Assembly (NCBI GenBank): GCA_947625095.1
Contig: CANQMX010000002.1
Span: 58,429-122,428 of the forward strand
Origin: an uncultured Clostridia bacterium
GTDB taxonomy: Bacteria; Bacillota; Clostridia; Christensenellales; Borkfalkiaceae
Direction of reading: 5' to 3'
Length of the DNA stretch: 64,000 nucleotides
This document shows positions 1-9,748 of this stretch, one piece after another. Within the stretch, counting starts at the first letter, position 1, and each line of letters opens with the position of its first letter. The notes below the pieces were generated by a model. It worked only from the letters and a program-made list of their open reading frames with translations. It was not told where the DNA came from and did not search any database. Both the position numbers and the translations under genes were made by a program.

Positions 1-68
1 TTTGCAAAATGGGGGCGGCTTTTTTATGGGAATAAAGCTTATAAAAGGAAAGCGGAGCGATTGAGGAG

Positions 69-135
69 AAGATACGCTCCGCCCCTGCGGGGCGTCGGTA
101 TGAGGGAGAGGCGCCTGCGGGGCGCCGGTATGAGG
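69..135. repeat. Two adjacent copies of GC-rich palindromic intergenic element, family A (AAGATAC...GGTATGAGG termini)
   Basis: aagatacgctccgcccctgcggggcgtcggtatgaggg then gcgcctgcggggcgccggtatgagg; same termini recur at 8917, 9566, 11124, 11181 and 18001-18537. Confidence 0.6.
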
Positions 136-233
136 AACGGACGCCGTATTGCGACGCTTATACGCGGGAGCAAGCGAACTCGCAAAATCGGAGCGAATAA
201 AAATCCCCCGCCAAACATTTTCCTTGACGGGGA

Positions 234-437
234 TTAATTTCTTTTGGGATTTTCCGTTCGTTCGAGAAGATAATCGATGGAGACGTTGAAATAGTCGGCG
301 ATGGCGATGAGCGTCTTATAGTCCGCCTCGCGCGCACCCGACTCGTACCGCGAAACGCTGTTTTGGTTCATATTGAGGTCCATCGCCAATTTTAACTGCG
401 AAATCCCCCTCTTTTTTCGCAATTCTTTCAATCTCAT
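234..437 (-). CDS. XRE-family helix-turn-helix transcriptional regulator (67 aa)
   Basis: Internal ATG (435-437) of track ORF 234..647; MRLKELRKKRGISQLKLAMDLNMNQNSVSRYESG is a typical HTH_3 sequence; the longer N-terminus in the track reads through a promoter. Confidence 0.8.
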   Translation of the reverse strand: MRLKELRKKRGISQLKLAMDLNMNQNSVSRYESGAREADYKTLIAIADYFNVSIDYLLERTENPKRN

Positions 438-447
438 AAAATTTCTC

Positions 448-476
448 TTGACATAAGTATACCAATTCGGTATAAT
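448..476 (+). promoter_or_regulatory. Consensus sigma-A type promoter with operator-like palindrome in the spacer
   Basis: TTGACA-17 nt-TATAAT; spacer holds TATACC-aattc-GGTATA inverted repeat; lies between the divergent XRE gene and the lipoprotein gene. Confidence 0.6.
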
Positions 477-512
477 AAAAATATCCCGATACGGGATATA
501 CAGGAGGAAAAT

Positions 513-2147
513 ATGAAGCACAAATGGAAAATCTGCGCCGTTCTGCTCACGGCGGCGACGGTACTTTCTGCGGCGGGTTGCAACACCTTGTTCGGCGGCG
601 CATTCAATAACCCCGAAATTTCGTTGGAACTCGCAGACGGCTGGCACGAGAACAGGATCGCATGGGAAGGGACATTGGATCTCGAAAAAGATTCCATCCC
701 CCTAAAAAAGGGCTATGACTTTCTCGGCTGGTACGATGCGGAGACGGGTGGCATACAGTACATAAACAAAGACGGCAAATGCATGACCACTTTCACAAAG
801 AATATGCGGCTCTATACGCAATATAAGGCGCACGAATACACGATTACATACAGCGCGCCCGCAGGAGTCCAAGGGCTTCCGAGTGAAAAAGTAAAGATCA
901 ACTATGACGATGAACTGCCCACCTTCCCCGCAGTGACGCTCGCACATCACACGCTCAACGGCTGGTATACTGCGGAGACGGGCGGAAGGCAGGTTACAAA
1001 CGGCGAAACAGTAATCGAAAAGATGAAAACGCTTTCATTTGACGGTTACAATTTAGACGATGTATCGCGCGCACTCACTTTCTATGCGCGGTTCGACATT
1101 GAACAATTCAACGTTACGCTCAAATTCGGCGGAAGTTATGTTGATGAAACAATCGTTGTGGATTACGGCACTCCTTTGGAGAACATTCTATATGAGACGA
1201 GAAACAGCGATGGCTACGGGGTAACTGCTTGGTCGGAAACAAACGGAGGCGCGGCTTATAGCGGCATTATCGACCGCGACATCACCTTATATGCAAGCGG
1301 GGAATGGGCGCCCGTCATCGAACTTGATTACAACGGAGGTGACTATGACGGCGCACTCATCGTGGCACAGGCAGGAGCTGACATCAATCTTCCCACGCCC
1401 AAAAAATCATGCAGCAAATTTATGGGCTGGAAGGACGAATACGGCACATCTTTTACCCAATCGACTATGCCGCAAAGCGGCGCAAAACTCCAAGCGTCAT
1501 GGCAAGGCGTACTCGAATTCGACTCCAACGGCGGGACAAAAGTCAATAATATCTCCGAACCCGCAAATACAATCATAGAATTGCCCAAACCCACGCGCGA
1601 CGGCTATATGTTCGCCGGTTGGTTCGAAGGCGATGGTAGTAAATACATGGAAACGACCATGCCGCGCGAGGGCAAAAAACTTAAAGCGGGCTGGGCGGAT
1701 GAAAAACGGACAACAATCACTTGGGGCGATGATGACGAATCCTATACCGCAGGAAATGGTGAGAAACGCGCCCAATGTTTTTTCTTTGATACGTCTACGT
1801 TTGATAATCCCATTGACATGACGGGAACTTGGGAAGTCACTTTGAACATTTCTTTTGAATGCTGCCATTACTCTGGTTCAAATATCGTCACCGACGGATA
1901 TGGTAATTTGATCTTTGGCATCTACTCACAGGCAACTCTAAACGATACCTATGCGCTTCTCCCGCCTCAAACCTACCCCCATGAAAAAATCCAAGGTTGG
2001 AGAAAGTACTCCTTCACGGGTACCTTCGACATGGTAAACGGCACAGTCTATTTTGCATTCCAATCAGACGATAAGGTTGACTCGGTAAAAATCAGAAATT
2101 TTCAAGTTGAACTTATCTATCCAGACCTCACCACGCTGGAAGTTTAA
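513..2147 (+). CDS. Surface lipoprotein with Listeria-Bacteroides (InlB B-type / Flg_new) repeats
   Basis: Signal peptide plus lipobox (LSAAGC); repeated signatures LGWYDAETGG, NGWYTAETGG, MGWKDEYG, AGWFEGDG. Confidence 0.75.
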   Translation: MKHKWKICAVLLTAATVLSAAGCNTLFGGAFNNPEISLELADGWHENRIAWEGTLDLEKDSIPLKKGYDFLGWYDAETGGIQYINKDGKCMTTFTKNMRLYTQYKAHEYTITYSAPAGVQGLPSEKVKINYDDELPTFPAVTLAHHTLNGWYTAETGGRQVTNGETVIEKMKTLSFDGYNLDDVSRALTFYARFDIEQFNVTLKFGGSYVDETIVVDYGTPLENILYETRNSDGYGVTAWSETNGGAAYSGIIDRDITLYASGEWAPVIELDYNGGDYDGALIVAQAGADINLPTPKKSCSKFMGWKDEYGTSFTQSTMPQSGAKLQASWQGVLEFDSNGGTKVNNISEPANTIIELPKPTRDGYMFAGWFEGDGSKYMETTMPREGKKLKAGWADEKRTTITWGDDDESYTAGNGEKRAQCFFFDTSTFDNPIDMTGTWEVTLNISFECCHYSGSNIVTDGYGNLIFGIYSQATLNDTYALLPPQTYPHEKIQGWRKYSFTGTFDMVNGTVYFAFQSDDKVDSVKIRNFQVELIYPDLTTLEV

Positions 2148-2165
2148 GAATGCCCTTCATATAAT

Positions 2166-2198
2166 ACAGCCCCCGTGTTTTACGCGGGGGCTGTATTT
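2166..2198. terminator. Bidirectional stem-loop terminator between convergent genes
   Basis: acagcccccg-tgttttac-gcgggggctgt followed by attt; sits between stop 2147 (+) and stop 2214 (-). Confidence 0.6.
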
Positions 2199-2213
2199 AC
2201 TTCAAACGAATTT

Positions 2214-3110
2214 TTAGATGAAGCCTTCTACAAACTGCTCTGCATCAAACAACTCTATGTCGTCGATTTTCTCGCCGACGCCGGCAAAGACGACGGGCAC
2301 ATGGAGTTCGCCGCACAGCGAAAATACAAAGCCGCCCTTGGCCGTGCCGTCGAGTTTCGTCAGCACGATGCCGTCCAAATCGACCGCCTCCTTGAACACG
2401 CGCGCCTGCGAATAGGCGTTCTGCCCCGTGGTGGCGTCGAGCACCAAAAATTTGTAGAAATTCGCCTCGGGGAACTCCCGCTCCACCACGCGATCCATCT
2501 TTTTTAATTCGTTCATGAGGTTTTCCTTGACGTGAAGCCGCCCCGCGGTATCGATGAGGAGCACATCCGTGCCCCGTGCCTTGGCGGAGGAGACGGCGTC
2601 AAAGACGACGGCGGAGGGATCGCTCCCTTCCTCGTGCTTGACGATGCGCACCTTAGCGCGTTCCGCCCAGACGGCGACCTGATCGATGGCGGCGGCGCGG
2701 AAGGTATCGGCGGCCGCGATGGTGACGCTCTTTTTCTGCCCCACGAACCAATTTGCGATCTTGCCGATGGTCGTCGTCTTGCCCACGCCGTTGACGCCCA
2801 CGAACATCATGACGCAGGGGTATTTTATTTCGGGCACGGGGGCTTCGTCGAGGATGCCCTCGAGGATATCCTTCAAAAGGTCGGTGACGAACTTTTCATC
2901 CTTAATTTTGTTGCCGATGGCCTCTTCCTTGACCTCTTCGACGACCTCCTCGGCGGTCGCAACGCCGACGTCGGCGGAGATGAGGATCTCTTCGAGTTCG
3001 TCGTAGAAGTCGTTTCCGAGTTTGTTTTTGAGGAAGAGGCGGCGCATTTTTTGCGCCACGCCGTCCTTGGTCTTTTTGAGTGCGTCTCTGATTTTTCCGA
3101 AAAAACTCAT
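2214..3110 (-). CDS. ftsY: Signal recognition particle receptor FtsY
   Basis: NG-domain motifs GVNGVGKTTTIGK, DTAGR, TKLDG; start set to ATG 3108-3110 (MSFFGK) because the track N-terminus translates a repeat element. Confidence 0.93.
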   Translation of the reverse strand: MSFFGKIRDALKKTKDGVAQKMRRLFLKNKLGNDFYDELEEILISADVGVATAEEVVEEVKEEAIGNKIKDEKFVTDLLKDILEGILDEAPVPEIKYPCVMMFVGVNGVGKTTTIGKIANWFVGQKKSVTIAAADTFRAAAIDQVAVWAERAKVRIVKHEEGSDPSAVVFDAVSSAKARGTDVLLIDTAGRLHVKENLMNELKKMDRVVEREFPEANFYKFLVLDATTGQNAYSQARVFKEAVDLDGIVLTKLDGTAKGGFVFSLCGELHVPVVFAGVGEKIDDIELFDAEQFVEGFI

Positions 3111-3139
3111 AGCGTTTTCCTGTTTTGGTTTTGGGGAAT

Positions 3140-3246
3140 GAGGGCGTACCCCCTCCCCATATCGCCCGCACATATTATGTCGTCGAAGGGCGACACGAGC
3201 CCGCAAGGGCGAAGTCCCCCTCCCCCTTACGCAGGGGGAGGGCAAG
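3140..3246. repeat. Family B intergenic element (copy 1), immediately upstream of ftsY
   Basis: gagggcg.accccctccccatatcgcccgcacatattatgt.gtc.aagggcgacacgag ... cccctccccct.acgcagggg.agggcaag; second copy at 29482-29589 upstream of tgt. Confidence 0.7.
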
Positions 3247-3516
3247 TAACAAGCCCATCCCCCGCCCCTCAGGGGAGGGGGACACAGGGGGAGGGGTGCT
3301 ACCGCGCCGCCGAACTACTGTACGGCGGCGCTTGGTGCGAGGCGGGTCTCCCGCCGCTGCACGACACAATTTGCCACACCACCGTAGGCTTAATGTCGGG
3401 GAGAGCGATATCGAGCCGCAACTCAATATCCCATACAAGTTACATTCCTCGTTCAATTTATTTTTGAGCATACGCCCCGAAGGGGCGGAGACGAAAAAAG
3501 AAATTGAACGAAATTT

Positions 3517-6500
3517 TTACATCACTGTGTCTCCGCCCAATCGGCTCTCGACCTCGGAGAGTTTGACGGAGACAATTTTACTTACGCCCTTTTCCTCCAT
3601 CGTCACGCCGAAGAGGGTATCGGCCTCCTGCATGGTGGGTTTTCTGTGCGTGATGACGATGAACTGCGTATCCTTGGAAAACTTTTTCAGATATTTGGCG
3701 AAGCGGTCGACGTTGGCCTCGTCGAGCGCCGCCTCTATCTCATCGAGGATACAGAAGGGCATGGGGCGGGACTTCAGAATGGCGAACAGAATGGCGATGG
3801 CGGTAAACGCCCGCTCGCCGCCCGAGAGCAGCGAAATTTTGGTGAGTTTCTTCCCGGGCGGGCACGCCACGATCTCGATACCCGCCTCGAGGGGGTCTTC
3901 GCAGTCGGTGTAGTCGAGTTGCATCTCCGCCCTGCCGCCGCCGAAGAGTTCCTTGAAGATCTGCGTAAAGTTCTTGTTGATCTCGTTGAAGCCCGCGTCG
4001 AACTGCTTTTGCATTTCGTCGCGCAGTTGGTTGAGAACGCCCGTCAGATCGACGATGCCCTTGTCGAGGTCGTCCTTCTGCGTCTGCATCTCGGTGTAGC
4101 GGTTGAAGAGTTCCTCGTAGTCCGCCTCCGCGTTGAAGTTGACAGGCCCGAGCGCTGCGATCTTATGCCGCAGGCTGTTGATGTTGGTATTGGCCTGCCC
4201 GATGTCGTAATCGGGGTCGCGCATCTCCTTCGCGCTCTCGTATGTAAGCCCGTACGCCTCCTCGATGCGCTGTTTCATGTTTTCGAGGCTGACTTCCGCC
4301 TTGGAAATTTCCAATTCGCAGGCGTGTTTTTCCTCGGAGAGGGTCATTTGGCGGGTCAAAAGGCCGCGCTTTTCCTCGGCGAATTTCAGTTGCCCGTCGT
4401 ATGCCTCCCGCTTTTCGGTCTCCTCGGCGGCGAGCCGTTCGCGCAGAGCCGATACGGTGCGCTGTTCCTCCTCGGTGAGGGCGACGCGCTCCTCTTCGCG
4501 CTTCAACTGTTCGATGACGCCCTCCTTGCGGGCGATGTCGCCGCGCGTCTCCTCCACCTTTCTGACGAGCAGTTCCTTCTCCTCTTTGAGCCGCTTCACG
4601 CTCTCCTCTTCGGCGGCGCGGGCGCTCTCGAGCGAAGCCCCCTCCACCTGCAAGGCGTGCAGCTTTTCGGCGAGGGAATCGCGTGCGGCGCGGAGTTCGC
4701 CCCCCTCCTGCGCGCGTGCAGAGGCCTCCTTCGCCGCCTCCGAGCGGATGCGGGTGAGAAGGTTCTCGTTCTCGGCGGAAAGTTGCACCTCGCTTTGGAG
4801 GCTATCCACCGTCTCGGTGAGTTGTTTGAGGAGCGCCCCGTATTCGCGCTCGTCGCGCTCAGCCTCGTCGAGGAAGGAGCGGATGGCGAGTTCGCGCTGG
4901 GAGAGCGCGGCAAAGTGCGCCGTCTCCTCCTGCACCTTGACGCGGAATTCCTCCTGCTCCCGCCGCGCCTCGTCGAGCGACCGGCCGCACTCATCCAAGG
5001 CGGCGCGCAGTTTTTCGGCGGTCGCCGTCTTTTTGGCGATCATCTCCTCGCACTCCTTGATCTGCCGCTCGCCCGCGAGCAAATTCCCGCTCTCGCGCCG
5101 CCGCGAGCCGCCCGTCATCGCGCCCGAAGTTGCAATGGTGTCGCCGTCGAGGGTGACGATCTTGAAGGCGCGCGGGTATTTTTTGGCGATGTTCGTCGCG
5201 CTCAGAATGGTATCGCAGATGAGGGTGTTCCCGAGCAGGTTGCGGATGATATTATCGTAGTAGGGGTCGAATTTTACAAGTTCTTCGGCAAGTCCCAGCG
5301 CGCCGCTCTCGCGGAGGGCGAGGCCGATCTCACGCGTGTTCCCGTGCGGGCGCATGGCCTCCACGGGCAGGAAGGTGACGACGCCGCCGTTTGTCTTTTT
5401 GAGGTATTCGATGAGGTAGCGCGCGTCGTCCGCGGTGGCGGTGACAAGGTTCTGCATCGCCGCGCCGAACGCCGTCTCGATGGCGACTTCGTACTTTTTA
5501 TCGGTGGAGACGATGTCCGCGATCGCGCCCTTGATGCGGCGGCCGATCTCGGCGTTCTCCTTAGCGGTGAGTTGCAGGCGGCGCACCGAATCGCGGTAGC
5601 CGTCGAAGCGGTTTTTGAGGCCGCGGTACATCTCTAAATTGTTGTTGAGGTTGGCGATGGAGGTCGTGCAGTCCACCACCTCCTGCGAGATGGCGCGCTC
5701 GGATTCCATGAGTTCGGAGACCGCCTCCGCGAGGCGCTCCTCCTCCCCCTCCTTTTCGTCGAGGAAGGTCTCGCACGCGCGCTTTTCTTCGAGGCAGACG
5801 GCAAGTTGCGCGCCGTACTCCTCTTTGCGGGAAGTTGCCTTCTGAATGGCCGCCTTCACCTCCTCCGCCCTGTCCTGCGCGGCGTCGCGCTTGGCGGAAA
5901 GGCTGCCCACATTGGCGCGCACATCGGCGAGGTTTTCGACCGAGGTAAGTTCGCTCGCGCGCTTCTCATCGGCGAGTTTTTCGTGGGCGGAGACGCGCGC
6001 CTCCGCCTCGGCAAGCGCACGGGTGAGCCGCGCGCTCTCGCGGGCGATCTCCCTCGCCCGCTCCTCGTTCTTTGCGCCCCGTCCCGCGCTCTCCGCGACG
6101 AGGGAGTCGATCTCCTTCATCCTGCGCAGAGAATATTCCACGTCGTCGGAGGCGGAGGAGAGTTCGCGGCGGAAGGCCTGGATGCGCTCGCCGAGCACCT
6201 TGGCTTCCCCCGTCTTGTGCTCCATGCCCACCTCGAAGAGGCGCAGTTTTTCGTTGAGGGAACGAAGCTGGGCGTCGGCGCGCTCGATGCGCTCGCGGGA
6301 GAGGCGATCCCCCTCGTCCACTTCGGCAAGCCGCGCCTCCACCTGCGCGAGGCGGGCGTCCGCCTGCGCGATGCGCGCGCGCTGTTTTTCCGTCTCGTAC
6401 GAGAAATTTTCGTAGCGAAGGAGATAGGAGTTGACCTCCTCATATTTGAGGCTTTCGGAAAATTCGCGGTATTTTTTGGCGGTCTCCGCCTGCCGTTCGA

Positions 6501-7113
6501 GGGGTTTCAACTGCTTTTCCGCCTCGTCCATGCGCTGGATGAACACGGTGAGGTTGTCCCGCGCGTTTTCGAGTTTGCGCTCGATCTCCCCCTTCTGCAC
6601 CTTGAACTTCATCACGCCCGTCGCCTCTTCGAAGATGGCGCGCCTGTCCTCGGGCTTGGCGTTCATGATCTGCTCCACCCTGCCCTGTCCGATGATGGAG
6701 TACCCCTCCTTGCCGATGCCCACGCCGTGCAGGAGGGCGACGATATCTTTGAGGCGGCAGGGCTGCATATTGAGGAGGTATTCGCTCTCGCCCGAGCGGT
6801 AGAGGCGGCGGGTCATGGCGACCTCTTCATACTCGATGTCGAAGAGTTTTTGCGAATTGTCAAAGACGAGCGTCACTTCGCAATAGGAGAGCTGGCGGCG
6901 CGCCTCCGTGCCGCCGAAGATGACGTCCTGCATATTGGAGCCGCGCAAGGTCTTTGCCGACTGTTCGCCGAGCACCCAGCGCACGGCGTCGGCAACATTG
7001 GATTTGCCGCACCCGTTCGGGCCGACGATACAGGTGACGCCGTCGTCGAATTTGATGGAGGTCTTGTCGGCAAACGACTTGAACCCCGTTAAGATGACTT
7101 CCTTAAAATTCAT
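3517..7113 (-). CDS. smc: Chromosome segregation protein SMC
   Basis: Walker A GPNGCGKSN, long coiled-coil arms, hinge, C-terminal LSGGE signature and ILDEIEAALD Walker B; start at ATG 7111-7113 (MNFKEV), 4-nt overlap with rnc stop. Confidence 0.95.
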   Translation of the reverse strand: MNFKEVILTGFKSFADKTSIKFDDGVTCIVGPNGCGKSNVADAVRWVLGEQSAKTLRGSNMQDVIFGGTEARRQLSYCEVTLVFDNSQKLFDIEYEEVAMTRRLYRSGESEYLLNMQPCRLKDIVALLHGVGIGKEGYSIIGQGRVEQIMNAKPEDRRAIFEEATGVMKFKVQKGEIERKLENARDNLTVFIQRMDEAEKQLKPLERQAETAKKYREFSESLKYEEVNSYLLRYENFSYETEKQRARIAQADARLAQVEARLAEVDEGDRLSRERIERADAQLRSLNEKLRLFEVGMEHKTGEAKVLGERIQAFRRELSSASDDVEYSLRRMKEIDSLVAESAGRGAKNEERAREIARESARLTRALAEAEARVSAHEKLADEKRASELTSVENLADVRANVGSLSAKRDAAQDRAEEVKAAIQKATSRKEEYGAQLAVCLEEKRACETFLDEKEGEEERLAEAVSELMESERAISQEVVDCTTSIANLNNNLEMYRGLKNRFDGYRDSVRRLQLTAKENAEIGRRIKGAIADIVSTDKKYEVAIETAFGAAMQNLVTATADDARYLIEYLKKTNGGVVTFLPVEAMRPHGNTREIGLALRESGALGLAEELVKFDPYYDNIIRNLLGNTLICDTILSATNIAKKYPRAFKIVTLDGDTIATSGAMTGGSRRRESGNLLAGERQIKECEEMIAKKTATAEKLRAALDECGRSLDEARREQEEFRVKVQEETAHFAALSQRELAIRSFLDEAERDEREYGALLKQLTETVDSLQSEVQLSAENENLLTRIRSEAAKEASARAQEGGELRAARDSLAEKLHALQVEGASLESARAAEEESVKRLKEEKELLVRKVEETRGDIARKEGVIEQLKREEERVALTEEEQRTVSALRERLAAEETEKREAYDGQLKFAEEKRGLLTRQMTLSEEKHACELEISKAEVSLENMKQRIEEAYGLTYESAKEMRDPDYDIGQANTNINSLRHKIAALGPVNFNAEADYEELFNRYTEMQTQKDDLDKGIVDLTGVLNQLRDEMQKQFDAGFNEINKNFTQIFKELFGGGRAEMQLDYTDCEDPLEAGIEIVACPPGKKLTKISLLSGGERAFTAIAILFAILKSRPMPFCILDEIEAALDEANVDRFAKYLKKFSKDTQFIVITHRKPTMQEADTLFGVTMEEKGVSKIVSVKLSEVESRLGGDTVM

Positions 7114-7793
7114 GATTGCTCCGTGAAAAGTTCCAATAGGCGCTTTGCGGCCGCCGTTTCCGCCGCCTTCTTGCTTGCGCCCTCCCCCGTGGCGCGCCCG
7201 CCGAGCGCAACCACCTCGCACGCAAATCCCTCGGGCGTCTCCCGCGTCACATAGTGCGGCGGCTCCTGTACGCGCTCCTGCACATACTCTTGCAGGCGCG
7301 ATTTATAGTTTTCGGTGTCGATCTCCGCGATGTATTTATCCAAAAATTTGCGCACGGCGTCCATGCCGCCGTCGAGGTACAGCCCCGCGACGCACGCCTC
7401 GAAGAGGTTGGAGGCCGTCTTTCCGCCCACGTTGCTGCCGCCGCCCGAATAGCGCAAAAAGCGCATCAGCCCCGCCTTTTTTTCGGCGCGCTCCAAAGCG
7501 CTCTGCGAAACGTACCCCTTCCTGCGCTCGGTGAGTTTTCCCTCGTCCTCGCCGCGGCTTGCAAACAGTTTCTCGGTCACGGCAAGTTCCAATACGGCGT
7601 CGCCCAAAAATTCCAGCCGCTCGTTGTGCTCGCCGCCGAAGGCGTTGGCGTACGATTTATGCGTAAAGCAGGTGAGGAGCAGCCCCCTGTCGCGGAAGGG
7701 GTGCATGAGCGCCTCCTCCGCAAGCGAGTAGGTCTCCTCCGTCCAATTTTCGCCGTTATTCACCTTCGCTCCCCGAAACGCCCGCCGCCGCAA
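7110..7793 (-). CDS. rnc: Ribonuclease III
   Basis: Signature NERLEFLGDAVLE plus C-terminal dsRNA-binding region; start uncertain (ATG 7793 overlaps plsX by 38 nt; a GTG at 7763 is an alternative). Confidence 0.9.
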   Translation of the reverse strand: MRRRAFRGAKVNNGENWTEETYSLAEEALMHPFRDRGLLLTCFTHKSYANAFGGEHNERLEFLGDAVLELAVTEKLFASRGEDEGKLTERRKGYVSQSALERAEKKAGLMRFLRYSGGGSNVGGKTASNLFEACVAGLYLDGGMDAVRKFLDKYIAEIDTENYKSRLQEYVQERVQEPPHYVTRETPEGFACEVVALGGRATGEGASKKAAETAAAKRLLELFTEQS

Positions 7794-8781
7794 ACGCCTC
7801 CTCTATCTTTTGGATGAGGTTTCCGCGGTACGCGTCCACCGCCTGCACGACGGAGGGGGTAATGGATCTGGCCTTGGAAGCGCCGTGGCTCTTGACGACG
7901 ATGCTTTTGAGCCCCAAAAACAGCGTGCCGCCGATGCGCGCATAGTCGAGAACGGACTTCAATTTATTGATCTTCCCGCGCACGAAGAGGTAGGAAATTT
8001 TGCTGAAAAGCGATTTTTTGAACTCTTGATTGAGTAGGGCGGAGACGGCCTTTCCGCACCCCTCGGCGGACTTTAAGGCGATGTTGCCCGAGAATCCGTC
8101 GGAGACGACGACGTCCACATCGCCGTACATGAGGTCGCGCCCCTCCACGTTGCCCACAAAGCGGACGCCCTTCATCTCTTTGAGCAGGGCGTGCGCCTCC
8201 TGGTGCAGGGGGTCGCCCTTGTGCTCCTCCGTGCCGTTGGAGAGCAGCCCCACGCGCGGCTCTTCCACGCCCAAAATGCGCGCATAAGCGGAGGCCATCA
8301 GCCCGAACTGCGCAAGGTAGGCGGGCTTGCACTCGGCGTTCGCGCCGCAGTCGCAAAGGAGGGTCTGCCCCACGCGGACGTTGGGCACGCCCGGGCAGAG
8401 CGCGGGGCGCATCACGCCCTTGATCCTGCCCAAATACATCACGCCGCCCGCAAAGAGCGCGCCCGTAGGGCCTGCCGAAACAAAGCCGCCCACGTTCTCG
8501 TCCTCTTTGAGCATTTTCAGCCCGACAACGAGGGAACTGTCCCGCTTGCGGCGCACCGCGCTCGTGGGGATATCGTCGTTCGTCACGACCTCGGTGCAGT
8601 GCCTCACGTCCACGCGCGAGGCGTCGTATTTATATTTTGCAAGCTCCGCCTTGACGAGGTTTTCGTCCCCCGTAAAGACGAGCATGAAATCTTCTCTCTC
8701 GTCGAGCGCCGCAAGCGCGCCCTTCACGATCTCCACAGGGGCGTTGTCGCCGCCCATTGCGTCCACAGCGATCTTCAGCAT
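7756..8781 (-). CDS. plsX: Phosphate acyltransferase PlsX
   Basis: MLKIAVDAMGGDNAP N-terminus and full-length (341 aa) PlsX-like sequence; conserved plsX-rnc-smc-ftsY synteny. Confidence 0.93.
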   Translation of the reverse strand: MLKIAVDAMGGDNAPVEIVKGALAALDEREDFMLVFTGDENLVKAELAKYKYDASRVDVRHCTEVVTNDDIPTSAVRRKRDSSLVVGLKMLKEDENVGGFVSAGPTGALFAGGVMYLGRIKGVMRPALCPGVPNVRVGQTLLCDCGANAECKPAYLAQFGLMASAYARILGVEEPRVGLLSNGTEEHKGDPLHQEAHALLKEMKGVRFVGNVEGRDLMYGDVDVVVSDGFSGNIALKSAEGCGKAVSALLNQEFKKSLFSKISYLFVRGKINKLKSVLDYARIGGTLFLGLKSIVVKSHGASKARSITPSVVQAVDAYRGNLIQKIEEAFAAAGVSGSEGE

Positions 8782-8916
8782 GGTTTCGCCTCCAAAAACG
8801 GTTGAAATTCATTATACCATTTTTTTCGCGAAAACACAATCCTTTGACGGCTTCTTGTGAAAAAAACTGTCCCCTCCGTCCCATTTTTTGCCCTATCGTC
8901 TCTCCGCGTCATTCCG

Positions 8917-8997
8917 CCCCCCTCATACCGAGGTTGCCGCGCCGCCCGCAGCGCCCCTGCGGGGCGCTGCGGGCGGCGCGGCAACCGAGTGTATCTT
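8917..8997 (+). repeat. Family A palindromic element, 81-bp copy upstream of mazF
   Basis: cccccctcataccgaggttgccgcgccgcccgcagcgcccctgcggggcgctgcgggcggcgcggcaaccgagtgtatctt; identical by hand comparison to 9566-9646. Confidence 0.85.
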
Positions 8998-9168
8998 GCC
9001 CACCCCTCCGAGGGGTGGGTGTCACCGCAGGTGACGGAAGGGGTGTCCTCCACAAAAAACCGCGTATAAACCGCGGGCGGGCTGTCCAAAATCGTAGGGC
9101 GCGGGCAAACCTTTTTGCCGTTACATATACTGATAGCGGAAGGATTTGCTCACGGAAGAGGAAACAAC

Positions 9169-9516
9169 ATGGTCGTCAAGCGCGGAGAACTGTATTATGC
9201 CGATCTATCCCCCGTGGTGGGGAGCGAACAGGGCGGGGTGCGCCCGGTACTTGTCGTGCAGAACGATACGGGCAACAAGTATTCGCCCACGGTGATCGCG
9301 GCCGCCGTCACGAGCAAGATCCACAAGGCGAGGCTGCCGACGCACATCGAACTCCCCTCGGCGTTCGGGCTGGCGAAGGACAGCGTCATTTTATTGGAGC
9401 AGATCCGCACCATTGATAAGCGGAGGCTGATGTCGCGCATCGGGGAACTTCCCGCGTCGACGATGTCGCGTGTCAACCGCGCGATCCTCATCTCCCTCGG
9501 CTTCGGCGACGCCTGA
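9169..9516 (+). CDS. mazF: MazF/EndoA (PemK-family) endoribonuclease toxin
   Basis: [33 protein letters not shown]...[13 protein letters not shown] closely resembles EndoA/NdoA; ATG 9169 preceded by ggaagagg; no antitoxin ORF seen on either side. Confidence 0.9.
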   Translation: MVVKRGELYYADLSPVVGSEQGGVRPVLVVQNDTGNKYSPTVIAAAVTSKIHKARLPTHIELPSAFGLAKDSVILLEQIRTIDKRRLMSRIGELPASTMSRVNRAILISLGFGDA

Positions 9517-9565
9517 TCCCGCCCCTCTCCCCTCCTCATACCGAACGCGCCGCCCTCGCCCCGTT

Positions 9566-9646
9566 CCCCCCTCATACCGAGGTTGCCGCGCCGCCCGCAG
9601 CGCCCCTGCGGGGCGCTGCGGGCGGCGCGGCAACCGAGTGTATCTT
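9566..9646 (+). repeat. Family A palindromic element, 81-bp copy downstream of mazF
   Basis: Same 81 bp as 8917-8997 in the same orientation; a 55-bp near-perfect hairpin core. Confidence 0.85.
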
Positions 9647-9748
9647 TACAAAAAGAGGCCTCCCGCGGAGAGCCTCTTTTCACTATTTTTTGGGCGAAGC
9701 ACATCGTTCGCACAATTTTCCATGCCAACCGCAATTCCGCGGGGGCTT

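Noticed and set aside
2214-3245. Long N-terminal extensions of ftsY (to 3245), smc (to 7221), tgt (to 29595), the HemZ-like gene (to 17541), the membrane protein gene (to 27944) and others
   Set aside because: The extensions translate repeat elements or neighbouring genes' antisense and are rich in R/G/P. Internal ATGs match the conserved protein N-termini and give sensible gene spacing.
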